This document shows, one piece after another, positions 7,704 to 17,735 of a DNA stretch of 32,000 bases. The notes beneath the pieces were generated by a model. That model did no database searches. It was not told the origin of the DNA and saw nothing but the letters and a program-made list of their open reading frames with translations. The stretch covers positions 750,001 through 782,000 of the forward strand of contig NC_011979.1 in assembly GCF_000022265.1 (NCBI RefSeq), given 5' to 3'. The translations under genes and the position numbers were made by a program. Source of the stretch: Geotalea daltonii FRC-32 (GTDB lineage: Bacteria; Desulfobacterota; Desulfuromonadia; Geobacterales; Geobacteraceae). How positions within the stretch are numbered: the stretch's first letter is position 1; each line of letters opens with the position of its first letter.

Positions 7704-8774
7704 ATGCTTTTTGACAAGATTGAAGAACTTGAACGGCGCTACCAGGAACTGGAAGCACTGCTGTCCGATCCTGTAGTGCTGGGTAACCAGCCGGAATTCC
7801 GCAAGCTGTCGCGGGAACATTTCGACCTGTCCGCCCTGGTCCAGGCCTATCGTAATTACAAGAGAATCATCAGCGAGATCGAAGGAAATCGGGAGCTTTT
7901 GGCCGACCCGGAAATGAAGGAAATGGCCGAGGCCGAGCTGGAATCCCTGGAAAAGCAGCGGGATGCGCTGGAATCGGAGATCAAGCTGCTTCTGCTCCCC
8001 AAGGACCCCAATGACGACAAGAGTGTTATCCTGGAGATCCGCGCCGGTACCGGTGGTGACGAAGCGGCACTGTTTGCCGGCGACCTTTTTCGCATGTACA
8101 GCCGTTTCGCCGAGACCAACCGCTGGCGAGTCGAGGTTATTTCCTCTTCGGAATCGGAGAAAGGTGGCTTCAAGGAGGTCGTTGCCTCCGTGGAGGGGGA
8201 AGGGGTCTTTGCCAAGCTGAAGTATGAATCTGGTACGCACCGGGTGCAGCGGGTGCCCGAGACGGAAGCCCAGGGCCGCATTCACACCAGCGCCTGTACT
8301 GTTGCCATCATGCCCGAGGCAGAGGATGTGGATATCGACATCAATCCCACTGACCTGAAGATCGATGTCTACCGTTCCAGCGGCGCCGGCGGCCAGCACG
8401 TCAATACCACCGATTCGGCAGTGCGCATTACCCATCTTCCCACCGGCACGGTGGTGGCCTGCCAGGAGGAACGAAGCCAGATCAAGAACCGGGCCAAGGC
8501 CATGAAAGTTTTGAAAACCCGCATTCTCGACAATATCCTGCAGGAGCAGAATGCCAAGCTGGCTGCGGACCGCAAGCAGCAGGTAGGCAGCGGTGACCGG
8601 AGCGAGCGTATCCGCACCTACAACTTTCCCCAGGGAAGGATGACCGATCACCGGATAGGCCTCACGCTGTACCGCCTGGACGCCATCATGGCCGGTGACA
8701 TTGCCGAGATTGCTGATGCGCTAAGGGCTCATTATCAGATGGAGGCGCTCCAGGCCCAATCCGAAGCCGCCTGA
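7704..8774 (+). CDS. prfA: Peptide chain release factor 1
   Basis: The PET tripeptide ([14 protein letters not shown]) and GGQ ([24 protein letters not shown]). Confidence 0.95.
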   Translation: MLFDKIEELERRYQELEALLSDPVVLGNQPEFRKLSREHFDLSALVQAYRNYKRIISEIEGNRELLADPEMKEMAEAELESLEKQRDALESEIKLLLLPKDPNDDKSVILEIRAGTGGDEAALFAGDLFRMYSRFAETNRWRVEVISSSESEKGGFKEVVASVEGEGVFAKLKYESGTHRVQRVPETEAQGRIHTSACTVAIMPEAEDVDIDINPTDLKIDVYRSSGAGGQHVNTTDSAVRITHLPTGTVVACQEERSQIKNRAKAMKVLKTRILDNILQEQNAKLAADRKQQVGSGDRSERIRTYNFPQGRMTDHRIGLTLYRLDAIMAGDIAEIADALRAHYQMEALQAQSEAA

Positions 8775-8895
8775 TTCGCGCTGAAAAACATCCATCTGCG
8801 GCGTTGCCCTTCGTCCTCGTCGCTGCGACGTAGCGCTGCTACGCCTCACTCCTCTGACTCGGGGCGCCTTGCACCTGGATATTTTTGAGCGCGAA
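8775..8895. repeat. 121-bp intergenic element bounded by about 20-bp imperfect terminal inverted repeats, with internal nested palindromes
   Basis: TTCGCGCTGAAAAACATCCA (8775-8794) against the reverse complement of TGGATATTTTTGAGCGCGAA (8876-8895) matches at 18 of 20 positions. The interior contains CGTCGC-T-GCGACG, CGTAGC-GCT-GCTACG and a CCTCACTCCTC unit. Confidence 0.5.
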
Positions 8896-8914
8896 TCGAT
8901 GGGGTCGTTGATTT

Positions 8915-9769
8915 ATGGTACAGCAAGAAACGTGGACTGTTTTAAAGGTTCTGACTTGGACCAAGGAATTCTTGACCCAGAAAGGGGTGGAGAATGCCCG
9001 GCTGGAGTCGGAGTGGATGCTCTGTGCCGTGCTCGGCCTTGATCGGATGGGGCTCTACGTTAATTTCGACAAGCCGCTGACGCCGAAAGAGCTGGCCGAC
9101 TACCGGGGGATGATCGCCCGCCGTGGTCGTCGCGAGCCCCTCCAGTATATCCTCGGCTCCCAGGAATTCATGGGGCTTGATTTCGCAGTGGCACCGGCAG
9201 TGCTGATTCCCCGCCACGATACCGAGGTTTTGGTAAACGAGGCCGTAAAAAGGGCCGGAAAAACGTCGAGCATCCTTGATGTGGGCACCGGCAGCGGTTG
9301 CATCAGCATCTCGCTGGCCAAGGCCTTGCCCGGTGCCATTATCACCGGTGTTGACACTTCCGTGGACGCCCTTGCGGTGGCGGAGAAGAACTGCAATACC
9401 CATGGAGTTGCGGTAAAACTGCTGCACGGTTCGCTGTTCGAGCCGGTTCAAGGGCAGCAGTTCCATATGGTCGTTTCAAACCCTCCCTATATCCCCAGTG
9501 ACGACCTGAAAACGCTGCAACCTGAAGTCCGCGATTACGAGCCGGCCGGGGCGCTTGACGGGGGGAAGGATGGCCTGGATTTCTATCGTCAGATCGTTGC
9601 TGCTGCCACGGATTACCTTGTTTGCGGCGGATGGCTTCTCCTTGAGGTTGGCATAGGCCAGGCTGAACAGGTTAGGAAACTTTTTTTCGACAATGGCAAG
9701 TTTGCCGAAGTCTTTGCGGCAAAGGACACTGCCGACATCGAACGGGTGGTAGGCGGGCAGCTGAAGTAG
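8915..9769 (+). CDS. prmC: Release-factor glutamine N5-methyltransferase
   Basis: SAM motif [11 protein letters not shown] and NPPY motif VVSNPPYIP. It lies directly downstream of prfA. Confidence 0.9.
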   Translation: MVQQETWTVLKVLTWTKEFLTQKGVENARLESEWMLCAVLGLDRMGLYVNFDKPLTPKELADYRGMIARRGRREPLQYILGSQEFMGLDFAVAPAVLIPRHDTEVLVNEAVKRAGKTSSILDVGTGSGCISISLAKALPGAIITGVDTSVDALAVAEKNCNTHGVAVKLLHGSLFEPVQGQQFHMVVSNPPYIPSDDLKTLQPEVRDYEPAGALDGGKDGLDFYRQIVAAATDYLVCGGWLLLEVGIGQAEQVRKLFFDNGKFAEVFAAKDTADIERVVGGQLK

Positions 9770-9809
9770 CCTTTTGTGGCTAGCTAATCAATCAGACAGA
9801 GGTATCATT

Positions 9810-11063
9810 TTGGACAAATTAATCATCAAAGGTGGCAAGAAACTCTCCGGTGAAGTTACCGTAAGCGGTTCGAAAAACGCCTCCCTTCCAGTTTTCGTTT
9901 CCACCATTCTGGCTCCGGCGGAGCATGAATTCAGCAATGTCCCCTTCCTGCGCGACATCAATACCACCATCAAGGTAATGGAGCAGCTGGGTGCAAAGAT
10001 CGAAGGCAACGGCAATGTGGTCAGGATCGACACCAGGGGCATCGACAAACACGAGGCCACCTACGATCTGGTCAAGACCATGCGCGCTTCGGTGCTGGTT
10101 TTGGGGCCGCTTCTTTCCCGCTTTGGCATAGCTCGCGTTTCTCTGCCCGGTGGTTGTGCCATCGGTGCCAGGCCAATCAACCTTCATCTTAAGGGATTGG
10201 CTGCCATGGGGGCCGACATTACCCTTTCCCACGGATATGTTGAGGCAAAGGCCAAGCAACTGAAAGGTGCGCGGATCAATTTCGATGTTTCCACGGTTGG
10301 CGGTACCGAACATCTTATGATGGCGGCTGCCACAGCCAAAGGTGAAACGATCCTGGAAAACGCTGCAAGGGAACCGGAAATAGTCGATCTGGCCAATGTG
10401 CTGATCAAGATGGGAGCGCGCATCGATGGGGCCGGCACCGATACCATTCGTATCGATGGTGTCAAAGAGCTTGGCCCGGTAACGCACCGCATGATGCCGG
10501 ACCGTATTGAGGCCGGTACATTCATGATTGCCGCAGCCATTACCGGTGGGGACGTAAAAATCCGCAACATGCAGTTGGAGCATCTGGATGCATTGGTCTT
10601 CAAGCTTCAGGATGCGGGAGTGGAGATCATCAACAAGGATAATGTGGTAAGGGTCAAGGGACCGAAAAAGGTCAGATCGGTCAATATCAAGACCCGCCCC
10701 TATCCGGGCTTCCCCACCGACATGCAGGCCCAGTTCATGGCACTCATGTGTCTGGCCGATGGCGCCAGCGTCATCAGTGAAAACATCTTCGAAAACCGCT
10801 TCATGCACGTTTCCGAGTTGATGCGTTTTGGTGCAGATATCACCACTGAGGGAAATGCGGCAACGGTTAAAGGAGTGAAAAAGCTTTCCGGCGCTCCGGT
10901 GATGGCAACCGACCTGCGTGCTTCCGCATCGCTTATCCTTGCCGGTCTTGCCTCTGACAATACCACCGAAATATCCCGCATCTATCACCTTGACAGAGGG
11001 TATGAGTTTATCGAAAAGAAGCTCGCTGGACTCGGAGCAGACATTGAACGGGTGCAAGAATGA
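9810..11063 (+). CDS. murA: UDP-N-acetylglucosamine 1-carboxyvinyltransferase
   Basis: (M)[23 protein letters not shown] and the active-site loop [16 protein letters not shown] prefer the TTG start at 9810 (AGAGG 8 nt upstream). The longest ORF starts at TTG 9774. Confidence 0.9.
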   Translation: MDKLIIKGGKKLSGEVTVSGSKNASLPVFVSTILAPAEHEFSNVPFLRDINTTIKVMEQLGAKIEGNGNVVRIDTRGIDKHEATYDLVKTMRASVLVLGPLLSRFGIARVSLPGGCAIGARPINLHLKGLAAMGADITLSHGYVEAKAKQLKGARINFDVSTVGGTEHLMMAAATAKGETILENAAREPEIVDLANVLIKMGARIDGAGTDTIRIDGVKELGPVTHRMMPDRIEAGTFMIAAAITGGDVKIRNMQLEHLDALVFKLQDAGVEIINKDNVVRVKGPKKVRSVNIKTRPYPGFPTDMQAQFMALMCLADGASVISENIFENRFMHVSELMRFGADITTEGNAATVKGVKKLSGAPVMATDLRASASLILAGLASDNTTEISRIYHLDRGYEFIEKKLAGLGADIERVQE

Positions 11064-11698
11064 CTGATTTTATTACCATTGCCATTCCCAAAGGACGGAT
11101 CCTGCACGATTCGGTGGCCCTGTTCAAAAAGATCGGCATCGACTGCGAGGAATTGCTCTCGGATACCCGTAAGCTCATCTTCGAGAATCCCGTGCAGCGC
11201 ATGCGTTACATGATCGTTCGCGCCACCGATGTCCCCACCTATGTGGAGTATGGATGTGCCGACCTGGGGATTGTCGGTAAGGATACCCTCCTTGAGCAGG
11301 AAAAGGACGTCTATGAGCCACTTGATCTCAAGTTCGGCTATTGCCGGATGATGGTCGCCGAACCCGCCGAGCTTTCACGCACCGATGATCCATCCGGCTG
11401 GAATAACATCCGCATTGCCACCAAGTATCCCAATTTCACGGAAAAATATTTCACCGGCAAAGGGATTCAGGTGGAGATCATCAAACTATACGGTTCCATC
11501 GAACTGGCGCCGCTGGTCGGGCTGTCCGAGCGGATCGTCGACCTGGTTTCCACCGGCGAAACTCTGAAGCAGAACGGCCTGGTGGAGGTGGAGACCATTG
11601 CCGAGATAACCACCCGCCTTATCGTCAACAGGGCCAGTCTCAAGACGAAACATCAGCGCATTACCCATATTATCGAAGGGCTTGAAAAGCACGTTTAA
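11060..11698 (+). CDS. hisG: ATP phosphoribosyltransferase, short (HisZ-dependent) form
   Basis: 212 aa with no C-terminal regulatory domain. ATGA overlap with the murA stop. Confidence 0.9.
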   Translation: MTDFITIAIPKGRILHDSVALFKKIGIDCEELLSDTRKLIFENPVQRMRYMIVRATDVPTYVEYGCADLGIVGKDTLLEQEKDVYEPLDLKFGYCRMMVAEPAELSRTDDPSGWNNIRIATKYPNFTEKYFTGKGIQVEIIKLYGSIELAPLVGLSERIVDLVSTGETLKQNGLVEVETIAEITTRLIVNRASLKTKHQRITHIIEGLEKHV

Positions 11699-11740
11699 AC
11701 AAATTGCCGTTTGTTTTACGGCCAGATGGAAGAGGCTTTT

Positions 11741-13030
11741 ATGAAATTCCTCGATATTCGCGACAATTCCTTTGAAGACGCTTTTGCCGCCATACTCGCC
11801 CGCAGTGAGGAGACCGGCAGAGACGTCGAGCAGATCGTAGTTGATATTATCGCTGAGGTCCGCAGCCGTGGCGATGCGGCCGTTCTTGATTATACCCGCC
11901 GCTTTGATCGGCTTGAAGCCGATTCAGTTCATTCGCTGGAAGTAACCGAAGTAGAATTTAATGAAGCTTTTGCCCGTGTGGCAGATGAAGACATCGCCGC
12001 CCTGAAGCTGGCAGTGGAACGGGTGGCCCGTTTTCACCAGAAGCAGAAGCAGGAGACCTGGCTTTCCACAGACGAGCCGGACATCATGCTTGGCCAGATG
12101 GTTACCCCGCTGCAACGGGTAGGTATCTATGTTCCCGGCGGCAAGGCCAGCTACCCCTCCAGCGTCATCATGAACGCAGTACCGGCCAAGGTTGCCGGGG
12201 TGGGTGAGGTAATCATGGTGGCGCCGACCCCCGGCGGCGAGATCAATCCCCATGTGCTGGTGGCAGCGCGTCTTTCCGGTGTGGACCGGGTTTTCAGGAT
12301 TGGCGGTGCCCAGGCGGTTGCTGCCCTTGCCTATGGCACGGCAACCATTCCGAAAGTGGCCAAGATCACCGGCCCCGGCAATATTTATGTGGCCACGGCA
12401 AAGAAGCTGGTCTTCGGCCAGGTGGGAATCGACATGATCGCCGGACCGTCGGAGATCCTGGTCATCAATGACGGCAGCGGCAATCCTGCCCACATTGCGG
12501 CGGATCTCCTTTCCCAGGCGGAGCACGACGAACTGGCCTCTTCCATCCTTATTACCACCGACCGTGCTTTTGGCGAGCGGGTGGCTGAAGAGGTGGAGTT
12601 GCAATTGGGGCAGCTGTCCCGGGAATCCATCGCCCGCAAATCCTGGGAGACCTATGGCGCAGTCATAGTCTCCGGCAGCCTTCCGGAGGCCATCGATTTT
12701 TCCAATCGCATCGCTCCGGAGCACCTGGAACTGGCGGTAACCGATCCGTTTGCCATTTTGCCCCAGATCCGCAATGCCGGTGCCATCTTCCTCGGCCACT
12801 TCACACCGGAAGCAGCAGGTGATTATCTGGCCGGCCCGAACCACACCTTGCCCACTGGCGGTACGGCCCGCTTCTTTTCACCGTTGTCTCTGGATGATTT
12901 CGTCAAGAAGTCGTCCATCGTTTACTTCAGTGAAGGAGGCCTGAACAGGCTTGGTCGGAGCATCGTCCATATCGCCCAGCTGGAAGGCCTGGAAGCACAT
13001 GCCAAATCGGTCAGCAAGCGATTGAAATAA
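11741..13030 (+). CDS. hisD: Histidinol dehydrogenase
   Basis: Motifs [22 protein letters not shown] and PEHLEL. The start is ATG 11741 (or ATG 11726). The track start at 11711 is a TTG. Confidence 0.9.
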
Positions 13031-13046
13031 TTTGAGGGAGGCGCAT

Positions 13047-13634
13047 ATGTCGAGGAAAGCCGTCGTCGAACGCATTACCAAGGAAACCCAGATCAAGCTT
13101 TCTCTGGATATTGACGGAGCCGGGGAGGCAAAGGTATGCACTTCGGTTCCCTTTCTCGACCACATGCTCAATCTTTTCGCCCGCCATGGCCTGTTCAACC
13201 TGGAGGTGGAGGCGAAAGGGGACATCGATATCGACTTTCATCATACGGTAGAGGATATCGGTATCGTTTTGGGGGAAGCTTTGAAACAGGCTCTAGGTGA
13301 TAAGAGTGGCATCCGCCGCTATGGCCAGGCCTCCGTTCCCATGGATGAAACCCTTGCCAGCGTGGCAGTCGATCTTTCCGGTCGTCCCTATCTGGCATAC
13401 AACGTCAGGCTCCCCAAGGTGAAGATCGGCGACTTCGATGTGGAACTGGCACGGGAGTTCTTCCAGGCGCTGACCAACAACCTGGCGGCCAATATCCACA
13501 TCAATGTCATGTACGGCGATAACGTCCATCATATCCTGGAGGCATGTTTCAAGGCGCTGGCTCGTGCTCTGGATCAGGCGACCCAGCACGATCCGCGTAT
13601 TTCCGGGGTCATGTCCACCAAGGGCAAACTCTAA
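13047..13634 (+). CDS. hisB: Imidazoleglycerol-phosphate dehydratase
   Basis: [16 protein letters not shown]...FLDHML...HHTVEDIGI...HH..EA.FKA. GAGGGAGG lies 5 nt upstream of ATG 13047. Confidence 0.9.
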
Positions 13635-13639
13635 CATCG

Positions 13640-13708
13640 GTGAGGGGGGAGGCGTGAGGAGTTAGGAGGTAACGGCCTTTTCCTCACCCCTTACTCCTCA
13701 CCCCTCAC
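13640..13708. repeat. Long imperfect hairpin built from period-7 GTGAGG-type units, between hisB and hisH
   Basis: A 28-nt arm (13640-13667) pairs with 13681-13708: 23 Watson-Crick pairs, 1 G-T wobble and 4 mismatches by hand pairing, with a 13-nt loop. TTTTT begins 3 nt after the stem. Confidence 0.7.
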
Positions 13709-13720
13709 AGGTTTTTAACG

Positions 13721-14347
13721 ATGATAGCTATAATCGATTACGGCATGGGCAACCTTCGCTCGGTGCAGAAGGCATTTGAAAAGGTCGGTTTTGAGGCCAC
13801 CGTAACCTCGGATCCAAACGTGGTGCTTGCGGCGGACAAAATTGTCCTGCCAGGGGTCGGAGCATTTCCTGATTGCATGCGCAACCTGGAACAGGGGGGA
13901 TTCATTAATCCCATCCTTAAGGTGATTGCCGATGGACGGCCGTTTTTAGGCATATGCCTCGGTTTGCAGCTGCTCTTTACCGAGAGTGAGGAATTCGGTA
14001 TCCACAAGGGGTTGAACATTATCCCCGGACGGGTGCTGCGCTTTCCGGAAGGGCTGGAAGAGAACGGCGAGAAGCTGAAGGTGCCGCACATGGGCTGGAA
14101 TCAGCTGACACTGCGCGGGGAATCAGCGGTTTTCGAAGGGATCGATGATGGCACCAATGTCTACTTCGTCCATTCCTATTATGTGAAACCGGACGACGAG
14201 AAGGTCGTGGCCGCCAGTACAACCTACGGCATGGAATTTTGTTCCGCCATCTGCAAGGACAATGTGGTGGCCACCCAGTTCCATCCCGAGAAGTCCCAGG
14301 AAAAGGGGCTGCAGATATTGAAGAACTTTGCCGGACTCAAGGCATAA
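13721..14347 (+). CDS. hisH: Imidazole glycerol phosphate synthase, glutamine amidotransferase subunit
   Basis: MIAIIDYGMGNLRSV...GICLGLQLL...HSY...FHPEKS. Confidence 0.9.
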   Translation: MIAIIDYGMGNLRSVQKAFEKVGFEATVTSDPNVVLAADKIVLPGVGAFPDCMRNLEQGGFINPILKVIADGRPFLGICLGLQLLFTESEEFGIHKGLNIIPGRVLRFPEGLEENGEKLKVPHMGWNQLTLRGESAVFEGIDDGTNVYFVHSYYVKPDDEKVVAASTTYGMEFCSAICKDNVVATQFHPEKSQEKGLQILKNFAGLKA

Positions 14348-14371
14348 ACTACTTATCTCCGAGGGAATCAG

Positions 14372-15109
14372 ATGATAGTCATACCTGCCATTGATCTGAA
14401 GGAAGGGAAATGCGTCCGGCTTGAGCAAGGGCTCATGGAGCGTGACACGGTCTATAGTGACGATCCGGCAGCCCAGGCCCTTGTCTGGGAAGCAAAAGGG
14501 GCGGAACTGCTCCATATTGTCGACCTTGATGGCGCCTTTGCCGGCGAGCCCAAGAACAGGGGGGCCATCGAGGCCATTGTCAAGGCTTTGAAGATCACCA
14601 CCCAGCTGGGTGGGGGCATACGCGACCTGGCAACGATCGAGGCCTACCTGGGCATGGGTATCGGCCGGGTGATCATCGGTACTGCCGCCCAGCGCAATCC
14701 GGAACTGGTGCAGGAGGCCTGCAGGAAGTTCCCGGGGCGGATTGTTGTCGGCATTGATGCCAAGAACGGAATGGTGGCGGTCCAGGGCTGGGCCGAGGTG
14801 ACCGGGGTGACGGCGATCGATCTGGCAAAGAAATTCGAAGGGTTCGGCGTAGCTGCTATTGTCTATACCGATATCAGCCGTGACGGTATGATGAAGGGTC
14901 CCAACATCGAGGCCACCAGAAACCTTGCTGAGGCCATTACCATTCCGGTGATAGCCTCCGGCGGAGTTTCCGCCCTGCGCGACATCGAAAATCTAATGGC
15001 GGTGGAAGCTGCGGGAATCAGCGGCGCCATTACCGGCAAGGCCATCTACTCCGGCGCCATCGAACTTTCCGAGGCCATAGCTTTGACCAGGCGGGGTGCA
15101 TCATGCTGA
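14372..15109 (+). CDS. hisA: ProFAR isomerase
   Basis: [17 protein letters not shown]...DLDGA...; position in the his operon. Confidence 0.9.
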   Translation: MIVIPAIDLKEGKCVRLEQGLMERDTVYSDDPAAQALVWEAKGAELLHIVDLDGAFAGEPKNRGAIEAIVKALKITTQLGGGIRDLATIEAYLGMGIGRVIIGTAAQRNPELVQEACRKFPGRIVVGIDAKNGMVAVQGWAEVTGVTAIDLAKKFEGFGVAAIVYTDISRDGMMKGPNIEATRNLAEAITIPVIASGGVSALRDIENLMAVEAAGISGAITGKAIYSGAIELSEAIALTRRGASC

Positions 15110-15864
15110 CCAAACGCATCATCCCCTGTCTCGACGTGAAGGGGGGGCGGGTAGTCAAAGGGGTGCAGTTTCTGGAGCTGCGGGACGCCGGCGACCCGGT
15201 GGAAATTGCCGAGATCTATGACCGTCAGGGAGCCGACGAACTGACTTTTCTCGACATCACCGCCTCCAGTGATGCGCGGGACATCATCATCGATGTGGTG
15301 CGCCGCACCGCGGAACGGGTCTTTATGCCACTCACGGTCGGTGGGGGGGTGCGGACGGTGGATGATATTCGCCGCCTGCTCAATGCCGGTGCCGACAAGG
15401 TTTCCATCAATACGGCTGCCGTACATCGCCCCGAATTTGTCAAGGAAGCGGCCGAGCGCTTCGGCTCCCAATGTACGGTAGTGGCCATCGATGCCCGCCG
15501 CGTCCCGGGTGAGGACCGCTGGGAAGTCTATACCCATGGCGGACGCAATGCCACCGGCATCGATGCTGTTGAATGGGCCCAGCGCATGGAGGAATATGGC
15601 TCGGGCGAAATCCTTCTTACCAGCATGGATTGCGATGGCACCAAGGATGGTTATGATCTCTCCCTGACCAGGTCGGTAACCGATGCCGTTGGGATACCGG
15701 TTATTGCCTCCGGCGGCGTAGGCAACCTGGAGCATTTCTACGACGGCTTCACCAACGGTGGGGCAAGTGCCTGTCTGGCCGCATCCATCTTCCACTATCG
15801 TGAATACACCATCCAAGAAGCCAAGGAATACCTGAAGGGCAAAGGGGTGCCGGTGAGGCTTTAA
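15103..15864 (+). CDS. hisF: Imidazole glycerol phosphate synthase, cyclase subunit
   Basis: [20 protein letters not shown]...DELTFLDI...; overlaps the hisA stop by 7 nt. Confidence 0.92.
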   Translation: MLTKRIIPCLDVKGGRVVKGVQFLELRDAGDPVEIAEIYDRQGADELTFLDITASSDARDIIIDVVRRTAERVFMPLTVGGGVRTVDDIRRLLNAGADKVSINTAAVHRPEFVKEAAERFGSQCTVVAIDARRVPGEDRWEVYTHGGRNATGIDAVEWAQRMEEYGSGEILLTSMDCDGTKDGYDLSLTRSVTDAVGIPVIASGGVGNLEHFYDGFTNGGASACLAASIFHYREYTIQEAKEYLKGKGVPVRL

Positions 15865-15866
15865 AC

Positions 15867-15975
15867 GGTGATTGGTGATTGGTGACTGGTGACTGGTGAC
15901 TGGTGACTGGTGACTGGTGACTGGTGACTGGTGACTGGTGACGAGCGACCGGTGAGGAGTGAGGAGTGAGGAAGG
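15867..15975. repeat. Heptanucleotide tandem array: 2x GGTGATT, 8x GGTGACT and a partial copy, then an 8-nt spacer and 3x (G/A)GTGAGG
   Basis: Hand count: heptamers start at 15867, 15874, 15881 and so on to 15930, with a 6-nt partial copy at 15937-15942. GGTGAGG, AGTGAGG and AGTGAGG occupy 15951-15971. The array fills the hisF-hisE intergenic space. Confidence 0.9.
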
Positions 15976-15978
15976 AAA

Positions 15979-16308
15979 GTGAATGACATGAATGATGATA
16001 TCCTGCAGGCCGTCTATCGGGTTATCCTGGAGCGGAAGGCAAATCCCTCGGAGCAGTCTTATACCGCTTCTCTTATGGCCAAGGGCATCGACAAAATCCT
16101 GAAGAAGCTGGGCGAAGAGGCAACCGAAGTGGTGATAGCGGGTAAAGGGGGGGCGCGTGAAGAGATCATTTACGAAACTGCCGACCTGTTTTTTCACACC
16201 CTGGTCCTTCTTGGATATTGTGATATAAATCCTGATGAGATATACGATGAACTGCGACGCAGGTTCGGTATGTCGGGGATTGCCGAAAAGGAATCCCGTG
16301 ACAGGTGA
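15979..16308 (+). CDS. hisE: Phosphoribosyl-ATP pyrophosphatase
   Basis: SYTASLMAKGIDKILKKLGEEATEVVIA...ETADLFFHTLVLL. The start is GTG 15979 or ATG 15988. Confidence 0.85.
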   Translation: MNDMNDDILQAVYRVILERKANPSEQSYTASLMAKGIDKILKKLGEEATEVVIAGKGGAREEIIYETADLFFHTLVLLGYCDINPDEIYDELRRRFGMSGIAEKESRDR

Positions 16309-16328
16309 AAAATCGTTAAAGTTTTTCC

Positions 16329-16356
16329 TTGACATTATAGTGACGGGTGCTATTAT
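16329..16356 (+). promoter_or_regulatory. Candidate extended -10 sigma70 promoter of the rpsU operon
   Basis: TTGACA (16329-16334), a 16-nt spacer ending in TGC, then TATTAT (16351-16356). Confidence 0.5.
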
Positions 16357-16434
16357 GCATAGTCCTTGTAAATAGTCTGCCGGCCTTAACCTTGATTATA
16401 AGTAAATTTATATACAGGAGGGAGGGGAACATGA

Positions 16435-16632
16435 ATGCCGGGAGTAAGGGTAAAAGAAGCTGAGCCGTTTGAGCTCGCCTTGAAAAAATTCAAGAAACAG
16501 TGCGAAAAAGCGGGGATTTTGTCAGAAGTCCGCAAAAGAGAGCACTACGAAAAGCCTAGCATCAAAAAGAAGAAAAAGGCTATTGCTGCTCGCAAGAGAG
16601 CATTGAAAAAACAGCGTAAGATGATAGATTAA
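16435..16632 (+). CDS. rpsU: 30S ribosomal protein S21
   Basis: [43 protein letters not shown] strong GGAGGGAGGGG RBS region. Confidence 0.95.
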   Translation: MPGVRVKEAEPFELALKKFKKQCEKAGILSEVRKREHYEKPSIKKKKKAIAARKRALKKQRKMID

Positions 16633-16642
16633 GAGGTCTCAT

Positions 16643-17086
16643 ATGTCTTTGCGGGAACGGCTTAACGATGAGCTGAAGGCTTCCATGAAGTCAAAGGATA
16701 ATCTCAAGCTGTCCGTAATCCGCATGGTTCGCTCATCAGTAAAGAACCGGGAAATCGATCAGCAGCACGAGCTTGATGACCGGGAAATTATTGAGATCAT
16801 CAGTACGCTCTGCAAACAGCGTAGGGAATCCATAAGGCTCTTTAAGGAAGCAAGCCGTCAAGACCTCGTGGATAAGGAAGAAAAAGAGTTGGCGCTGCTT
16901 CTGGAATTTCTGCCGCAGCAGTTGACTCGTGAAGAACTAGAAGAACTTGTCAGAAAGACAATTGCTGAAGGCGGCGCGCAGGGGTCCAAGGATATGGGCC
17001 GGGTCATGAAGGCCCTGCAACCGGGCGTTGCCGGTCGTGCAGACGGCAAATTAGTCAGCGATGTTGTCAAGGAACAGCTGGCCTGA
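16643..17086 (+). CDS. yqeY: GatB/YqeY domain protein
   Basis: MSLRERLNDELKASMKSKD...LSVIRMV...EFLPQQL...GKLVSDVVKEQL is typical of YqeY. Confidence 0.85.
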   Translation: MSLRERLNDELKASMKSKDNLKLSVIRMVRSSVKNREIDQQHELDDREIIEIISTLCKQRRESIRLFKEASRQDLVDKEEKELALLLEFLPQQLTREELEELVRKTIAEGGAQGSKDMGRVMKALQPGVAGRADGKLVSDVVKEQLA

Positions 17087-17134
17087 GCTATGGCAAGGTC
17101 CAGATTCCTCTGACGACCAGCGGACTTTCAGGTG

Positions 17135-17169
17135 GGGGCGATTCTCGTAATTGCCCCTACTTTTACTTT
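17135..17169 (+). terminator. Weak hairpin plus T-rich tract (possible attenuator inside the rpsU-rpoD operon)
   Basis: GGGGCGATT (17135-17143) pairs with AATTGCCCC (17149-17157), including one G-T wobble, followed by TACTTTTACTTT. Confidence 0.3.
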
Positions 17170-17201
17170 ATGGCTAGGAACTATCGGCATCGGGTATTTG
17201 A

Positions 17202-17711
17202 ATGATCCTTCTTGATATCCTTATCTGGGCCTTTCTCATCGGTTTTGTCGTAAAAGGTTTCATGAAAGGTCTGGTGGGAGAGGCATGTTCTCTCCTCGGC
17301 CTGGTGACCGGAGGCTGGGCAGCCTTCAGATATTATTCATATATTGCAGAAGCAATCAGACCGTTTATTCACCTGCCCCAGCGTGTGGCGCTGGTCCTGT
17401 CGTTTTTCCTAATTTTCCTTGTTCTCGGACTGCTTTTCTATCTTCTCGGACACCTGCTGACTGCAATTTTGAAGATTATGCTGCTGGGTGGACTGAATCG
17501 TGTCGGCGGCGTCGTCTTCGGTTTTCTCGAAGGAGCATTCGTTCTCTGCATGGTTCTTTACCTGGCAACGACCAAGCCGGCTCCGGAATGGATAAAAGGA
17601 TACCTGTTGCGATCCGGAACAGCCCGGCCCTTCATTTCGTCGGGTAGGGAAATAATTTCAGGCTGGGACAGTGCTGCAGCCCACCGGAAAGGGGCGAACC
17701 GGCACAATTAG
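17202..17711 (+). CDS. cvpA: CvpA-family membrane protein
   Basis: MILLDILIWAFLIGFVVKGFMKGLV... with 4 TM helices, the CvpA pattern. Confidence 0.8.
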   Translation: MILLDILIWAFLIGFVVKGFMKGLVGEACSLLGLVTGGWAAFRYYSYIAEAIRPFIHLPQRVALVLSFFLIFLVLGLLFYLLGHLLTAILKIMLLGGLNRVGGVVFGFLEGAFVLCMVLYLATTKPAPEWIKGYLLRSGTARPFISSGREIISGWDSAAAHRKGANRHN

Positions 17712-17735
17712 TTTGACTGTACATGAAGGTTCAAG

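Noticed and set aside
7536-8651. Long antisense ORFs opposite known genes: 7536-8651, 9819-11057, 11924-12844, 15046-16335, 17784-18614, 19600-20706, 20177-20818, 21333-21935 and others
   Set aside because: Each lies fully inside a strongly supported housekeeping gene on the other strand (prfA, murA, hisD, hisF, dnaG, rpoD, queC). Their translations are low-complexity (R/G/A/S-rich) with no recognisable motifs. These are typical shadow ORFs of GC-rich coding DNA.
15867-15975. Possible CRISPR array or coding repeat (the minus-strand ORF translates it as SPVTSHQ repeats)
   Set aside because: The repeat unit is 7 nt with no spacers, so it is not CRISPR. The minus-strand ORF is a shadow running antisense through hisF and hisE, and the array lies between a stop codon and an RBS.
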